In this document: positions 30,497 through 41,080 of the stretch, piece by piece | Numbering within the stretch: the stretch's first letter is position 1 | Layout: every line of letters starts with the position of its first letter | NCBI GenBank assembly: GCA_002295635.1 | Contig: DBHK01000017.1 | Span: forward strand, 25,396 to 89,395 | DNA: 64,000 nucleotides | Source: Alphaproteobacteria bacterium UBA830 | GTDB taxonomy: Bacteria > Pseudomonadota > Alphaproteobacteria > MPNO01 > UBA830 | Reading direction: 5' to 3' | The notes under the pieces: generated by a model | What the model saw: only the letters and a program-made list of their open reading frames with translations | Database searches by the model: none | Told to the model about the DNA's origin: nothing | Program-made: the position numbers and the translations under genes

Positions 30497-31849
30497 ATGT
30501 TCGAGAAAATCCTTATTGCTAATCGTGGGGAGATTGCACTGCGAATTCATCGTGCCTGCAAGGAAATGGGTATATCGACCGTCGCCGTGCATTCAACGGC
30601 CGACGCAGATGCAATGCATGTTCGGCTTGCGGATGAGAGTGTCTGCCTCGGGCCAGCCCCAGCTAAAGATAGTTATCTGAATATTCCTGCAATCGTTTCC
30701 GCTGCTACCATTACAGGTGCCGATGCTGTTCACCCCGGCTATGGATTCTTATCTGAGGAGGCAAGTTTTGCCTCTATACTAAAGGAACATGGCTTCACTT
30801 TTATAGGGCCCTCTGCCGAACACATTACCCTGATGGGCGATAAGGTGGCGGCAAAGGTCGCAGTGGAGGAAAATGGCGTGCCAATTGTCCCCGGATCCAG
30901 AGGCGCCCTTAAAACCGCGGCGGACGCCTGCAAAGCAGCGGATGAGATCGGCTATCCGGTTTTGATAAAGGCTGCTGGTGGTGGGGGGGGCCGCGGAATG
31001 CAAATTGTCCGGCGTTCCGAGGATGTAGAAGATGCATACCGGATGGCACGGACCGAAGCCAAGGCCAGCTTCCGAAATGACACTGTCTATATGGAGAAAT
31101 TTCTGGAAAAACCGCGTCATATCGAAGTTCAGGTTTTCTCCGATGGTCAAGGAGGTGCCGTGCATTTAGGAGAAAGGGACTGCTCCCTTCAACGGCGTCA
31201 TCAGAAAGTTTTGGAGGAGGCGCGCTCTCCCGCTTTAGATGACCCGGCACGAGAAAAAATTGGTAAGATTGCTGCAGACGCGGTGCGCCGAATTGGATAC
31301 CGCAACGCAGGCACCATTGAGTTCCTTTACGAGGACGGTGAGTTCTATTTTATAGAGATGAATACGCGGTTGCAGGTCGAACATCCTGTCACCGAAATGA
31401 TAACCGGCATTGACATGGTGAGGGAACAAATTCGCGTAGCAGCCGGTTTACCCCTTTCGTTTGAACAGTCAGAGATTAACTTTGAAGGGCACGCTATCGA
31501 ATGCCGTATCACGGCAGAGAACCCGGATACCTTCGTTCCGTCACCTGGCCGCATTACCGACTATCATCCTCCAGGCGGCATGTCGGTGCGGGTGGACTCT
31601 GGCCTGTACGCCGGATACGAGATTCCACCTCAATATGATAGTCTAGTTGCCAAGTTAGTAGTCCACGGCGGCAACCGGAATGAATGTCTAATGCGTCTTA
31701 GACGTTCGCTCGAAGAATTTGTGATAGGCGGTATAGAGACTACAATTCCACTGCATGCAAAAATTATCGAAAATTCGGACTTTGTCGATGGCAATTATGA
31801 TATCCATTGGCTAGAGCGCTTTGTTGCAGGGGGGATAGCGGATAGCTAG
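30497..31849 (+). CDS. accC: acetyl-CoA carboxylase biotin carboxylase subunit
   Basis: 450 aa; ATP-grasp biotin carboxylase motifs ([25 protein letters not shown]). Confidence 0.95.
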   Translation: MFEKILIANRGEIALRIHRACKEMGISTVAVHSTADADAMHVRLADESVCLGPAPAKDSYLNIPAIVSAATITGADAVHPGYGFLSEEASFASILKEHGFTFIGPSAEHITLMGDKVAAKVAVEENGVPIVPGSRGALKTAADACKAADEIGYPVLIKAAGGGGGRGMQIVRRSEDVEDAYRMARTEAKASFRNDTVYMEKFLEKPRHIEVQVFSDGQGGAVHLGERDCSLQRRHQKVLEEARSPALDDPAREKIGKIAADAVRRIGYRNAGTIEFLYEDGEFYFIEMNTRLQVEHPVTEMITGIDMVREQIRVAAGLPLSFEQSEINFEGHAIECRITAENPDTFVPSPGRITDYHPPGGMSVRVDSGLYAGYEIPPQYDSLVAKLVVHGGNRNECLMRLRRSLEEFVIGGIETTIPLHAKIIENSDFVDGNYDIHWLERFVAGGIADS

Positions 31850-31872
31850 AAAAACACCCGCGCCAGCCGCTT

Positions 31873-32523
31873 ATGACTAAACTAACACCTGAAATCATAC
31901 TTCGAGCCTACGCCGTGGGGCTTTTTCCAATGGCGGAAAACCGTCAAGACACCACCTTGTATTGGATTGATCCCGAAAAGCGCGGTGTATTGCCATTGAA
32001 CGACTTCCATATACCTCGGCGCCTACGCCGTACGGTTCGAGCCGGCACATTTGAGGTATACTGCAACACTGCCTTCACTGACGTAATCCGCGGCTGTGCC
32101 GCCCCTGGGGCGGGTCGCGACGAAAGCTGGATTAATGAGGAGATAATCTCCCTCTACACGATGCTTAATAAGATGGGTCGAGCCTATTCGGTCGAGGCCT
32201 GGCATAATGGTAAACTAGTCGGGGGATTGTACGGCGTTGCCCTCGGAGCAGTATTCTTCGGCGAGAGTATGTTCAGCACTGTTCGGGACGCCAGTAAAGT
32301 CGCCTTGGTCCATCTGGTTGCTAGGCTAAAAAAAGGGAAATTCACGCTTCTCGATACCCAGTTCGTGAATAGACATTTAGCCCAGTTCGGCGTCGTCGAA
32401 ATGCCGCGGTCTGGTTTTCGCCAGAAACTTTCGTCGGCACTAGACCGCTCGGCTATATTCCCTACCGAATTGCGTCAGTCAGAACTAGAAGATTTTCTGC
32501 AGTCTACCACCCACACATCGTAG
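31873..32523 (+). CDS. aat: leucyl/phenylalanyl-tRNA--protein transferase
   Basis: 216 aa; GLFPM and FGESMF motifs typical of Aat. Confidence 0.85.
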   Translation: MTKLTPEIILRAYAVGLFPMAENRQDTTLYWIDPEKRGVLPLNDFHIPRRLRRTVRAGTFEVYCNTAFTDVIRGCAAPGAGRDESWINEEIISLYTMLNKMGRAYSVEAWHNGKLVGGLYGVALGAVFFGESMFSTVRDASKVALVHLVARLKKGKFTLLDTQFVNRHLAQFGVVEMPRSGFRQKLSSALDRSAIFPTELRQSELEDFLQSTTHTS

Positions 32524-32861
32524 ACCGGATGCTCCATAGATGATGCGGCAGGGCTGGAGGCAAACATCCAGCCAGCAAACAAATTAATAGCACTTTCACC
32601 AAGGCGGCGTTCGCGTATCTCAAGGTAAGCTGTCGTTTCTGGGGTTTCCGTCGGGGGCCGTTTGTGACATTTGCGCACGGTTATTTCGAGGGTTCCGAAC
32701 CGTACATCCTCACCAATCGGCGCCTCTATAGTTGAAATCCTTGCTGTGATCTTATCCAAACCCTGAAGGACCGTAACGACTGATTTTTGCGGTTGCGCAA
32801 TCGCAGGCTGCAAATAGAGGGCGGCCGAAAGGATCAGGATATGGACTCCCAAACGTATCAT
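32475..32861 (-). CDS. DUF2155 domain periplasmic protein
   Basis: Probable start at MIRLGVHILILSAAL (signal peptide); conserved partner of MlaD-like/NDUFA12-like genes in alphaproteobacteria. Confidence 0.5.
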   Translation of the reverse strand: MIRLGVHILILSAALYLQPAIAQPQKSVVTVLQGLDKITARISTIEAPIGEDVRFGTLEITVRKCHKRPPTETPETTAYLEIRERRLGESAINLFAGWMFASSPAASSMEHPVYDVWVVDCRKSSSSD

Positions 32862-32904
32862 GTGTATTACGCCACTCGGATTTGAGGCCAACAAACCGGT
32901 ACGT

Positions 32905-33369
32905 TTAGTTAGCCTTCTCGCCATCCTTATTGGTCTGGCTAAAAATCATCTGTCCAACAAGTCCCATAAGATCGATTGACCCTTGGGTAGTGGTGATCTC
33001 CTCACCCGCCTGAAGCATTTCGTCTGACCCACCCGGTGAAAGCGCCAGAAATTTATCACCCAGTAACCCATCGGAAGAAACCGAGATTGAGGTGTCTTCC
33101 GGGATCTTGATATCAGAACTAATATTCATGGACACCTTTGCAAAGTAGGTTTTGGGATCCAGAAAAGATGCTGTAACTGTCCCAATCTTGATACCACTCA
33201 TCCTGACGTCCGATCCAGAGAGAATACCGTCAATCCGATCGAAGCTCGCTGTTATCTCGTACCCTTGAACTTTGCCAACCTCAGCCTTGTTATACGCAAA
33301 AAAGATGAACAATGCCGCCACCAAGAGCACCACCGCACCCATCACAGTCTCAATTAGGTTTTTCCGCAT
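32905..33369 (-). CDS. MlaD-like (Mce domain) small membrane-anchored protein
   Basis: 154 aa; N-terminal TM helix then Mce-like domain. Confidence 0.6.
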   Translation of the reverse strand: MRKNLIETVMGAVVLLVAALFIFFAYNKAEVGKVQGYEITASFDRIDGILSGSDVRMSGIKIGTVTASFLDPKTYFAKVSMNISSDIKIPEDTSISVSSDGLLGDKFLALSPGGSDEMLQAGEEITTTQGSIDLMGLVGQMIFSQTNKDGEKAN

Positions 33370-33407
33370 TCCCGCTAGGTCTCCTTCCTATCGGCTAACC
33401 ATATACT

Positions 33408-33764
33408 CTAAGAAGGCTGCCAAGGTTCATAATCACCCGTCGCCTCATCCCTCTGACCACCATTCAGGATGTGACCGGGGGGACGGTAGGCATTCTCTGT
33501 CCCTGTCATGTTTGGCTGATGCTCTTTTTGCCATTCCCAGCGGCGCCCCACATCATCTTCCGGAATATCATCCGTAGTGTGGTGCAGCCATGAATGCCAC
33601 GCTGGCGGCACGCGAGACGCCTCAGGATTTCCTTTATAAATCACCCACCGTTTCTCGCGAACCGAACGCGTTCCGCGCTTAGTCCGATAATACGCATTGC
33701 CTTGGGTATCTGTGCCCACCTGCTGACCGTTAAATATCGTAAATAATCTGGTTCCAATGGTCAT
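33408..33764 (-). CDS. NADH:ubiquinone oxidoreductase subunit NDUFA12-family protein
   Basis: Start at MTIGTRLFT; conserved NDUFA12 signature RWVIYKG ... PPAWHSWLH. Confidence 0.7.
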   Translation of the reverse strand: MTIGTRLFTIFNGQQVGTDTQGNAYYRTKRGTRSVREKRWVIYKGNPEASRVPPAWHSWLHHTTDDIPEDDVGRRWEWQKEHQPNMTGTENAYRPPGHILNGGQRDEATGDYEPWQPS

Positions 33765-33982
33765 ACGTACCTCTAACAAAGGTTGATTCCGAGTAATTCT
33801 TCGGTCAACGGCCGACTAAACTGTATCTTATAATCGTCGATTTCGTCCAGTCTTACACTTCTTTATCACTTGTATCTTTGTCACATGCTAAAAGTCATCT
33901 ACCTGATATCATTTCGTGATTTTGGACACTAGATCGTCTTGCTACATATCGCTACGTTCGACCTATATAATGGAGAATCGTA

Positions 33983-34447
33983 ATGAGCACACGAATCGTT
34001 CAACGCCTTGCGGAGTTAGGGTTCACCCTACCATCCGCACCTGTCCCATCCGCAAATTATGTTCCCTTTCGGCGGTCTGGAAGTCACATCTTTATTGCGG
34101 GGCAAATTTCAATTACCGACGACAAAAGCGTAAGAGGTAAGGTCGGTCACGATTTATCTATCGAGGAAGGCTACGCCGCAGCGCGTCTTTGCGGGCTGAA
34201 TATCCTTGCTCAATTGAAGGCTTGCGTCGGAGCAGATATTGATCGCGCCAAGGCGATTAAGTTGGGAGGTTTTGTGAATGCTCTGCCCGATTTCATTCAG
34301 CCACCCGCCGTAATCAATGGTGTGTCGGACCTTCTAATCGATGTGATGGGCGAAGATGCTGGAAAGCATGCGCGTTTCGCCGTCGTCGTTGCCTCTCTCC
34401 CAGGTGGTGCGGCTGTCGAGGTAGACGCAATTTTTGAGATCGAGTAG
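33983..34447 (+). CDS. RidA/YjgF family protein
   Basis: 154 aa; chorismate-mutase-like RidA fold signature (HIFIAGQIS ... ARFAVVVASLP). Confidence 0.7.
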   Translation: MSTRIVQRLAELGFTLPSAPVPSANYVPFRRSGSHIFIAGQISITDDKSVRGKVGHDLSIEEGYAAARLCGLNILAQLKACVGADIDRAKAIKLGGFVNALPDFIQPPAVINGVSDLLIDVMGEDAGKHARFAVVVASLPGGAAVEVDAIFEIE

Positions 34448-35614
34448 ATGGTGGATGCGTGCGAGACCGTTACCGTAAAGATTCTTTCTTCTCTGAGTGA
34501 GGTGTCGGCCGAAGATTGGGATGGCTGTGCCGGTCCTGATAACCCGTTTATCTCTCATATGTTTCTAAAGACCCTAGAGGACTCGAGCGCGGCGTGCAAC
34601 GAAACCGGATGGCTCCCGCAACACGTTGTGATTGAGGACCCAGCCGGAGGGTTGATAGGTGCTGCCCCCTGTTACCTTAAATATCACTCCCATGGGGAAT
34701 ATGTTTTCGACTGGGGTTGGGCGGATGCATATACTCGCGCAGGTGGGAAATATTATCCCAAACTGCAGGTCTCAGTCCCTTTCTCCCCGGTTACCGGGCC
34801 CCGCCTTCTAGTTCGGGATGGAGAGGATAAAATCCATACCCGGAAGATGCTTGCAACTGGCCTCGTAGAATTGGCTAAGCAGCACAATTCCTCGTCGCTA
34901 CACATCACATTCACTCAAGAAGAAGAATGCCAAGATTTAAAGGAAATGAGTTTCCTAATCCGCCAAGGGCAACAATTCCATTGGCACAATCAAGGTTTCA
35001 AGAACTTTGAAGACTTTTTAGAATCACTCAATTCACGCAAACGAAAAATGATCCGCAAGGAACGTGATGCCGCTAATGCCGCCGTCAATATCGAAGTTCT
35101 AACTGGCGATGACCTAACCGAGCACCACATGCAGTCGTTTTATCATTTTTACCGCAACACTGTAGATCGCAAGTGGGCCCATGCCTATCTGACCTACGAG
35201 TTCTTCCAACTGCTACGCGAGCGCATGTCTAAGAATGTGGTTTTGATGATGGCTAGCTGTAACGGGGATTATGTAGCTGGAGCGCTTAACATGAGAGGGC
35301 CGGATACTCTATGGGGTCGCAATTGGGGCTGTTCTGAACACTTCAAGATGCTCTATTTCGAGACCTGTTTCTACCGCGGCATAGAATTCGCGATTGAAAA
35401 TGGGCTCTCTAAAGTCGAGGCTGGCGCTCAAGGACCGCATAAGATCAGTCGCGGCTACCTGCCTTCCGCTACCTATAGCTTGCATTGGATACGTGACGAT
35501 GCTTTCCGACGTGCGGTCGCCGACTTCGTCGATCGAGAACGTTGCGGAGTTGAACACGAGATGGATTTGCTATCAGCACTTTCCCCATTCAAGATCTCAA
35601 ATGCACCACCGTGA
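34448..35614 (+). CDS. GNAT-fold N-acyltransferase family protein (COG3146/BioF2-like)
   Basis: 388 aa; YLKYHSHGEYVFDWGWADAY region typical of the COG3146 family (from memory). Confidence 0.5.
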   Translation: MVDACETVTVKILSSLSEVSAEDWDGCAGPDNPFISHMFLKTLEDSSAACNETGWLPQHVVIEDPAGGLIGAAPCYLKYHSHGEYVFDWGWADAYTRAGGKYYPKLQVSVPFSPVTGPRLLVRDGEDKIHTRKMLATGLVELAKQHNSSSLHITFTQEEECQDLKEMSFLIRQGQQFHWHNQGFKNFEDFLESLNSRKRKMIRKERDAANAAVNIEVLTGDDLTEHHMQSFYHFYRNTVDRKWAHAYLTYEFFQLLRERMSKNVVLMMASCNGDYVAGALNMRGPDTLWGRNWGCSEHFKMLYFETCFYRGIEFAIENGLSKVEAGAQGPHKISRGYLPSATYSLHWIRDDAFRRAVADFVDRERCGVEHEMDLLSALSPFKISNAPP

Positions 35615-36472
35615 CCAATTACGAAGACATTTCCTATCTAACCGTCGACGGCAACTTGCTGCGCGGTTGGCTAAATCGGCCGATCGCCTGAAGATTGCTT
35701 TCATACACGATGATCTCGAGGCCAACAGAATAGGTGTCTTTGCGGTGAGATTTTGAATTTCTGGCATCGCAAAATACCCACTACCAGTATAGGACGTTTC
35801 TTGGGGCTTGAGGCGGTTCAAGGAAATCTCGGTTACCTCGACATAACAGGCTAAATCATCGAAGAATTTGCATCTGCCCGCGGTGCCAAGCGGTAAGGCT
35901 TAGTCGTGGCTTGTCCGAGAGGCCGAGACTGGGCGTTAAAGTCACCTGTAATTAAAAACGCTGATAACAGTCAGTTTTTATAATCGATGCGCGGCAAATA
36001 TTTGATCATTTGCGGCGTTATTACTTGGTTCGAATAACCAAAACGAGTGTGTGATCGTGGTCGGCTACCCCTTTTCGAGATGGGATAAAGATAGAGATGG
36101 GCAACCTTCACAGCCTCTTGGCGTCGGATTTGGAAAGTCATCTGCTGCCGATACTTATTTTTCAGGCTACCAACCACCAAAATGTCGAACTAACCTAGCG
36201 AGACGAATTGTTGACCTCTACCGATCAAAAGACTGAAAGGTGGAAGTTCCAAATTTCGCTGATGAGCTGAACAGACTTATTCCTGCTAATTCGGGTTCAA
36301 AAGTCGCCAACGTGGTTTTAGTGTCTATCAGGGAGTTACTCTTTGGCGTCTGAATGAACCCGGTTGGAATTGGTGTAGCAAACCAACCTTTTAGCGGTCA
36401 CCTTATTAGATCCTTAGGCTCACATTTAATAAAAGTGTAATTAGTTCTGAATTAGTGACAAGAATTGGCGAG

Positions 36473-38827
36473 CTACTGCACTAGTTCCGTCTCAAGGCCG
36501 TCTCCATCATCAGCCCCATCGTCCGGATCACTATCGGGGTCCTTACCTTTCTGCCCCTTCGGAGGAGCAGACTGAATAACAAAGGTAAGCCTGTCTTCCT
36601 CTTTCTTGACATCAACCTGAACCACCCCGCCTTTGGCCAACTTGCCGAACAAAATTTCGTCGGCCAACGGTTTCTTTATGTGCTCTTGAATAACTCTGGA
36701 AAGCGGGCGCGCACCATAGGCTTCGTCATAACCCTTACGGCCCAGCCAGTATCGCGCAGCAGCGTTGAGCTCAAACGTGACGTTGCGGTCTTCGAGTTGG
36801 GCTTCAAGTTGCATGATGAATTTATCAACCACCAACATAACCACATCCCTCGGAAGGCTCGAAAACGGGATTATCGCATCGAGACGATTTCGGAATTCCG
36901 GGGTAAACATGCGTTTAATAGCTTCTTCATCCTCTCCTATGCGGGCCGAACGTTCGAAACCAATAGCGGGCCTAGCCATATCGGCCGCACCGGCATTGGT
37001 AGTCATGATCAGGATAACGTTCCTAAAATCTACGCTTTTTCCGTTATGATCAGTTAACCTTCCGTGGTCCATGATTTGAAGCAGAATGTTGAATACATCC
37101 GGATGTGCTTTTTCTATCTCATCAAGTAACAAGACCGAATGCGGATTTTGGTCGACGGCATCGGTAAGCAGTCCACCTTGATCGAATCCAACATAGCCGG
37201 GTGGTGCACCGATCAGGCGCGATACCGAATGACGCTCCATATATTCGGACATGTCGAAACGTGTTAGCTCAATTCCCATTGTATGGGAAAGCTGTCGAGC
37301 TACCTCGGTCTTACCTACACCGGTCGGACCGGAAAATAGGTAGGATCCGATCGGCTTGTTAGGCTCCCTAAGCCCCGCGCGCGCAAGTTTAATTGCAGAA
37401 GCTAGAGCGTCGATCGCAGTGTCCTGGCCAAAAACTACACGCTTAAGATCAGCGTCGAGAGACTTCATCGATTCCTTGTCAGACCGTGATACACTTTTTG
37501 GAGGTATGCGCGCGATACTTGCGACCACTGCCTCTACATCCTTTACAGTGATCAGTTTCTTGCGTCGGCTTTCCGGCACCAGCATTTGTGCAGCACCAAC
37601 TTCATCAATCACGTCGATCGCTTTATCTGGAAGCTTACGATCGTTGATATATTTGGCTGCAAGTTCCACAGATGTTCTCAAAGCAGCAGCGGTGTACCGC
37701 ACACGGTGGTGTTTCTCGTAATATGGTTTTAGACCACGGAGTATCTTTACAGCATCCTCGATGCTCGGTTCCGGAACATCGATTTTTTGGAATCGGCGCA
37801 CCAAGGCCCGGTCCTTCTCAAAATACGAGCGAAATTCCTTATAGGTGGTAGAGCCAATGCATTTTAAGGTGCCGCCCTGTAGGGCCGGTTTCAGTAGGTT
37901 GGACGCGTCCATCGACCCGCCGCTAGTAGCCCCAGCGCCAATGACAGTATGAATTTCGTCAATAAATAATACTGCGTTCTCTTGCTGCTCCAATTCGGTG
38001 ACTACTCCTTTCAAGCGTTCCTCGAAATCACCCCGATATCTAGTACCTGCCAGTAGCGCGCCCATATCCAGCGAGAAAATAGTGGATTCTCTCAGCACAT
38101 CCGGTACATCGCCATCATAAATTCGCTTCGCCAGCCCTTCGGCAATTGCCGTTTTACCTACCCCAGAGTCACCGACATACAGCGGATTATTCTTGGTACG
38201 ACGGCATAGCACCTGAATTGTTCGGTCAATTTCGGACTCTCGACCTATCAGGGGGTCGATTTTACCATCGGCTGCCTTCTGATTGAGATTGACACAATAG
38301 TTGTCAAGCGCCTCTCCAGCGCCTTTGTTTGCCGCTTCGGCCTCAGCGCTATCGTCGTCCGACCCATGTACAGATCTAGCCTCTGATCTGCCGGGTACCT
38401 TAGCTATTCCGTGGCTTATATAATTCACAGCATCGAATCGAGACATATCTTGTTCTTGCAGATAAAAGACTGCATGACTCTCACGTTCAGAGAACATAGC
38501 AACTAACACATTAGCTCCGGTGACTTCTTGGCGACCGGAGGATTGAACGTGAATAGCGGCGCGTTGTACAACTCTCTGAAAGCTAGCAGTCGGCTTGGGA
38601 TCGTCATGATCTTCTGAAGCAAGATTAGATAACTCTTCGTCAAGATAAGTCTTAAGGTCTTGAGTGAGCTTATCGATATCAACGCCACAGGCCTTTAAAA
38701 CGGCAATGGCATCCTGGTCCTCCGTCAGCGCCATCAGAAGATGCTCGAGCGTTGCGTATTCATGGTTGCGTTCGTTAGCCTGCGCCAATGCGCGATGAAG
38801 ACTTTTTTCTAGATTACGAGAGAGCAT
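36473..38827 (-). CDS. clpA: ATP-dependent Clp protease ATP-binding subunit ClpA
   Basis: 784 aa; two AAA+ modules (GDSGVGKT and GPTGVGKT Walker A motifs); N-domain repeats. Confidence 0.95.
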   Translation of the reverse strand: MLSRNLEKSLHRALAQANERNHEYATLEHLLMALTEDQDAIAVLKACGVDIDKLTQDLKTYLDEELSNLASEDHDDPKPTASFQRVVQRAAIHVQSSGRQEVTGANVLVAMFSERESHAVFYLQEQDMSRFDAVNYISHGIAKVPGRSEARSVHGSDDDSAEAEAANKGAGEALDNYCVNLNQKAADGKIDPLIGRESEIDRTIQVLCRRTKNNPLYVGDSGVGKTAIAEGLAKRIYDGDVPDVLRESTIFSLDMGALLAGTRYRGDFEERLKGVVTELEQQENAVLFIDEIHTVIGAGATSGGSMDASNLLKPALQGGTLKCIGSTTYKEFRSYFEKDRALVRRFQKIDVPEPSIEDAVKILRGLKPYYEKHHRVRYTAAALRTSVELAAKYINDRKLPDKAIDVIDEVGAAQMLVPESRRKKLITVKDVEAVVASIARIPPKSVSRSDKESMKSLDADLKRVVFGQDTAIDALASAIKLARAGLREPNKPIGSYLFSGPTGVGKTEVARQLSHTMGIELTRFDMSEYMERHSVSRLIGAPPGYVGFDQGGLLTDAVDQNPHSVLLLDEIEKAHPDVFNILLQIMDHGRLTDHNGKSVDFRNVILIMTTNAGAADMARPAIGFERSARIGEDEEAIKRMFTPEFRNRLDAIIPFSSLPRDVVMLVVDKFIMQLEAQLEDRNVTFELNAAARYWLGRKGYDEAYGARPLSRVIQEHIKKPLADEILFGKLAKGGVVQVDVKKEEDRLTFVIQSAPPKGQKGKDPDSDPDDGADDGDGLETELVQ

Positions 38828-38831
38828 TATT

Positions 38832-39212
38832 TCAGGCCTTTTCCAAAGTACATTGCAGAGGATGCTGATGTTGCCGTGCGAGATCCATCACTTGCTGCAC
38901 CTTGGTTTCGGCAACCTCGTAAGTGTAGACACCGCAGATGCCGACACCTTTCTGATGGACATGCATCATAATACGTGTCGCTTCTTCACTATTTTTTCCA
39001 AAGAAACGCTCAAGAACTAAAATTACAAATTCCATCGGCGTGTAATCATCATTCAGCATGATGACCTTATACATAGCCGGCTTTTTGGTTTTAGGTTTTG
39101 CACGGACAGCAAGTCCAGTATTCGATCCACCGTCGCCGTCTCCGCCGACAGCATCATCGCCGCCAACCGAACGTGCCGGGATCACTGTGTGATTTAGAGC
39201 AAAATTAACCAT
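38832..39212 (-). CDS. clpS: ATP-dependent Clp protease adaptor ClpS (with about 45-aa Gly/Asp-rich N-terminal extension)
   Basis: Core [17 protein letters not shown] ClpS motif; directly upstream of clpA. Confidence 0.85.
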   Translation of the reverse strand: MVNFALNHTVIPARSVGGDDAVGGDGDGGSNTGLAVRAKPKTKKPAMYKVIMLNDDYTPMEFVILVLERFFGKNSEEATRIMMHVHQKGVGICGVYTYEVAETKVQQVMDLARQHQHPLQCTLEKA

Positions 39213-39549
39213 CGCTGTTGATCATATGAGATCTGCGTTCACTGATCAAAGTAACTTCGCTGATATCAAAAGTTGAGTTAACGACTATTCCGATTAGCTC
39301 AGGTAAAGTGAGAACACGCTGCATAATGCGGCCCGAAGGCTGATTTATTTCCGTTCTGGCCATCAAAAGGGTTCTCTCTCTAAACCGTTAAAACGAAACG
39401 ATAGATCTGCGTAGTTTTTTAGCAGGTCGTAACTGTTTGAGTCGCTCACTTATGATATGGTTTAATAAAATACAGCAGTCAATCCGTTGTCATCCATCAG
39501 GTAATGAGCACTCTGGGCAACGGAAATTTCTGTATCAGACGTTCGGTTA

Positions 39550-40833
39550 GTGTTAACGAGAAATCAAACGGACACGGACAAGGTGCGGGAATTTAACTTG
39601 TTTCGTCTGCTATTAGTTCTGATCTCGATGTCTACTATCTTTGTGGCGGGGTCGCTGGTGTTCCCCGGTGCCAGCTGCGCAAAATATGCTCATATTGTCG
39701 TTGACGCGAAAACCGGCCGTGTTCTGAACTCTCTGAATGCGCGGACAAAAAATTATCCCGCCTCATTAACGAAAATAATGACACTATTCATGACTTTCGA
39801 GGCACTTAAGAAACGTACAATATTTATCGACCAAAATCTTCCCGTTTCCCGAGTAGCACAAGGGCGCTCCCCTTCAAGACTTGGCCTGCGCCGAGGCGAG
39901 AGGATTACGGTGAACAACTCAATCAAGGCATTAGTCACAAAATCTGCAAACGACGTCGCCACCGTCCTCGCCGAAGCGATAGGCGGTACCGAGCGAAAAT
40001 TTGCGGTTATGATGACTCGCCGCGCACGCGCGCTCGGAATGAAAAACACTACATTTAAGAATGCCTCCGGGCTACCCAATCGAGCGCAACTTAGCACTGC
40101 CGAAGACATGTCTATTCTTGCACGAGCGATGCTGACTCAGCATCCAGAAATGTATCACCATTTCGCGCGACAAAAGTTTACTTACAAACGGCGGACCTAT
40201 TATTCGCACAACCGCCTACTTAGAAACTACAAGGGTATGGACGGCATTAAGACCGGCTATATTCGGGCATCAGGATTTAACCTAGTCGCCTCCGCAACAC
40301 GCGGTGGGAAAAGAGTTATTGCAGTCGTCTTTGGTGGCAAGACTTCAAAAACTCGTGATCGCCAAGTCGCGCGTCTTCTTGACCGCGGGTTCAAAAGACT
40401 TGACCGGGCAGGCGCCACCTCGGAAAAATGGAAAGTTGCCACTATTCGAACTAGTAAGCGGAAAATATCGGGTGCATCTTCCCCTAGGCTCAAGAAACTT
40501 GTAACAGGCAATCCTAATAAAATCTCTTCGGGAAAATTTGTCACGCCTTTACGAGCTCAAACAGGTCGAGTTCGGAGTTGGGCTATCCAGGTCGGCGCCT
40601 ATAATCGTTACGGCCCGGCCCATCTCGCAGTAAATCGAGCCGCGCGTGCAGTTCCCAGCCTCCTCGGGAATAAATTCCAAATCCTGCACCAGAAGAGCAA
40701 AGCTCGGCGAGGCTTAAAGATTTACAAAGCCCGGCTGCTGGTATCCTCTGAATCCAATGCTCGAAATTCTTGCAGGGCACTCAAACGCCGCAAAATTGAT
40801 TGTATGGTTGTATGGATGGGACCGAAATCCTAA
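39550..40833 (+). CDS. D-alanyl-D-alanine carboxypeptidase (PBP5/6 class) with C-terminal SPOR domain
   Basis: Signal peptide; SLTKIMT (SxxK) and SAND (SxN) motifs; C-terminal WAIQVGAY... segment SPOR-like. Confidence 0.75.
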   Translation: MLTRNQTDTDKVREFNLFRLLLVLISMSTIFVAGSLVFPGASCAKYAHIVVDAKTGRVLNSLNARTKNYPASLTKIMTLFMTFEALKKRTIFIDQNLPVSRVAQGRSPSRLGLRRGERITVNNSIKALVTKSANDVATVLAEAIGGTERKFAVMMTRRARALGMKNTTFKNASGLPNRAQLSTAEDMSILARAMLTQHPEMYHHFARQKFTYKRRTYYSHNRLLRNYKGMDGIKTGYIRASGFNLVASATRGGKRVIAVVFGGKTSKTRDRQVARLLDRGFKRLDRAGATSEKWKVATIRTSKRKISGASSPRLKKLVTGNPNKISSGKFVTPLRAQTGRVRSWAIQVGAYNRYGPAHLAVNRAARAVPSLLGNKFQILHQKSKARRGLKIYKARLLVSSESNARNSCRALKRRKIDCMVVWMGPKS

Positions 40834-41080
40834 TAACAAATCGAGGTTTGTTTCTGGGAGAGTAATATCAATCCTGACATTTTTTAATCGGCCGGCCGGT
40901 TGCCGCTTAATATCCTGTTAGGACTTCTCTTGGTTTGAGCCGGAGCGCGATCCGGCCGATATCCTTTTTTACGAGAAGACGTGAGGCCCTAGCCATGAGT
41001 ACTGCCCCACTGAAGCAGGGGTTAATTAGGATAGATTAGAAAAAACAGACTAATTTTCCCGCGCGGCTTGTGACCAAATA

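Noticed and set aside
36020-36042. tRNA-like T-arm lookalike TTGGTTCGAATAACCAA
   Set aside because: It is only a single perfect hairpin. No acceptor stem, D-arm or anticodon arm can be built around it, and there is no CCA context. It is retained only as a hairpin inside the 860-bp gap finding.
40948-40980. Hairpin GCCGGAGCGCGATCCGGC followed 8 nt later by TTTTTT after the carboxypeptidase gene
   Set aside because: The spacing between stem and T-run is too long for a canonical intrinsic terminator. A second palindrome (CGGCCGGCCG at about 40889) is flanked by A/T on the wrong sides. Neither is convincing.
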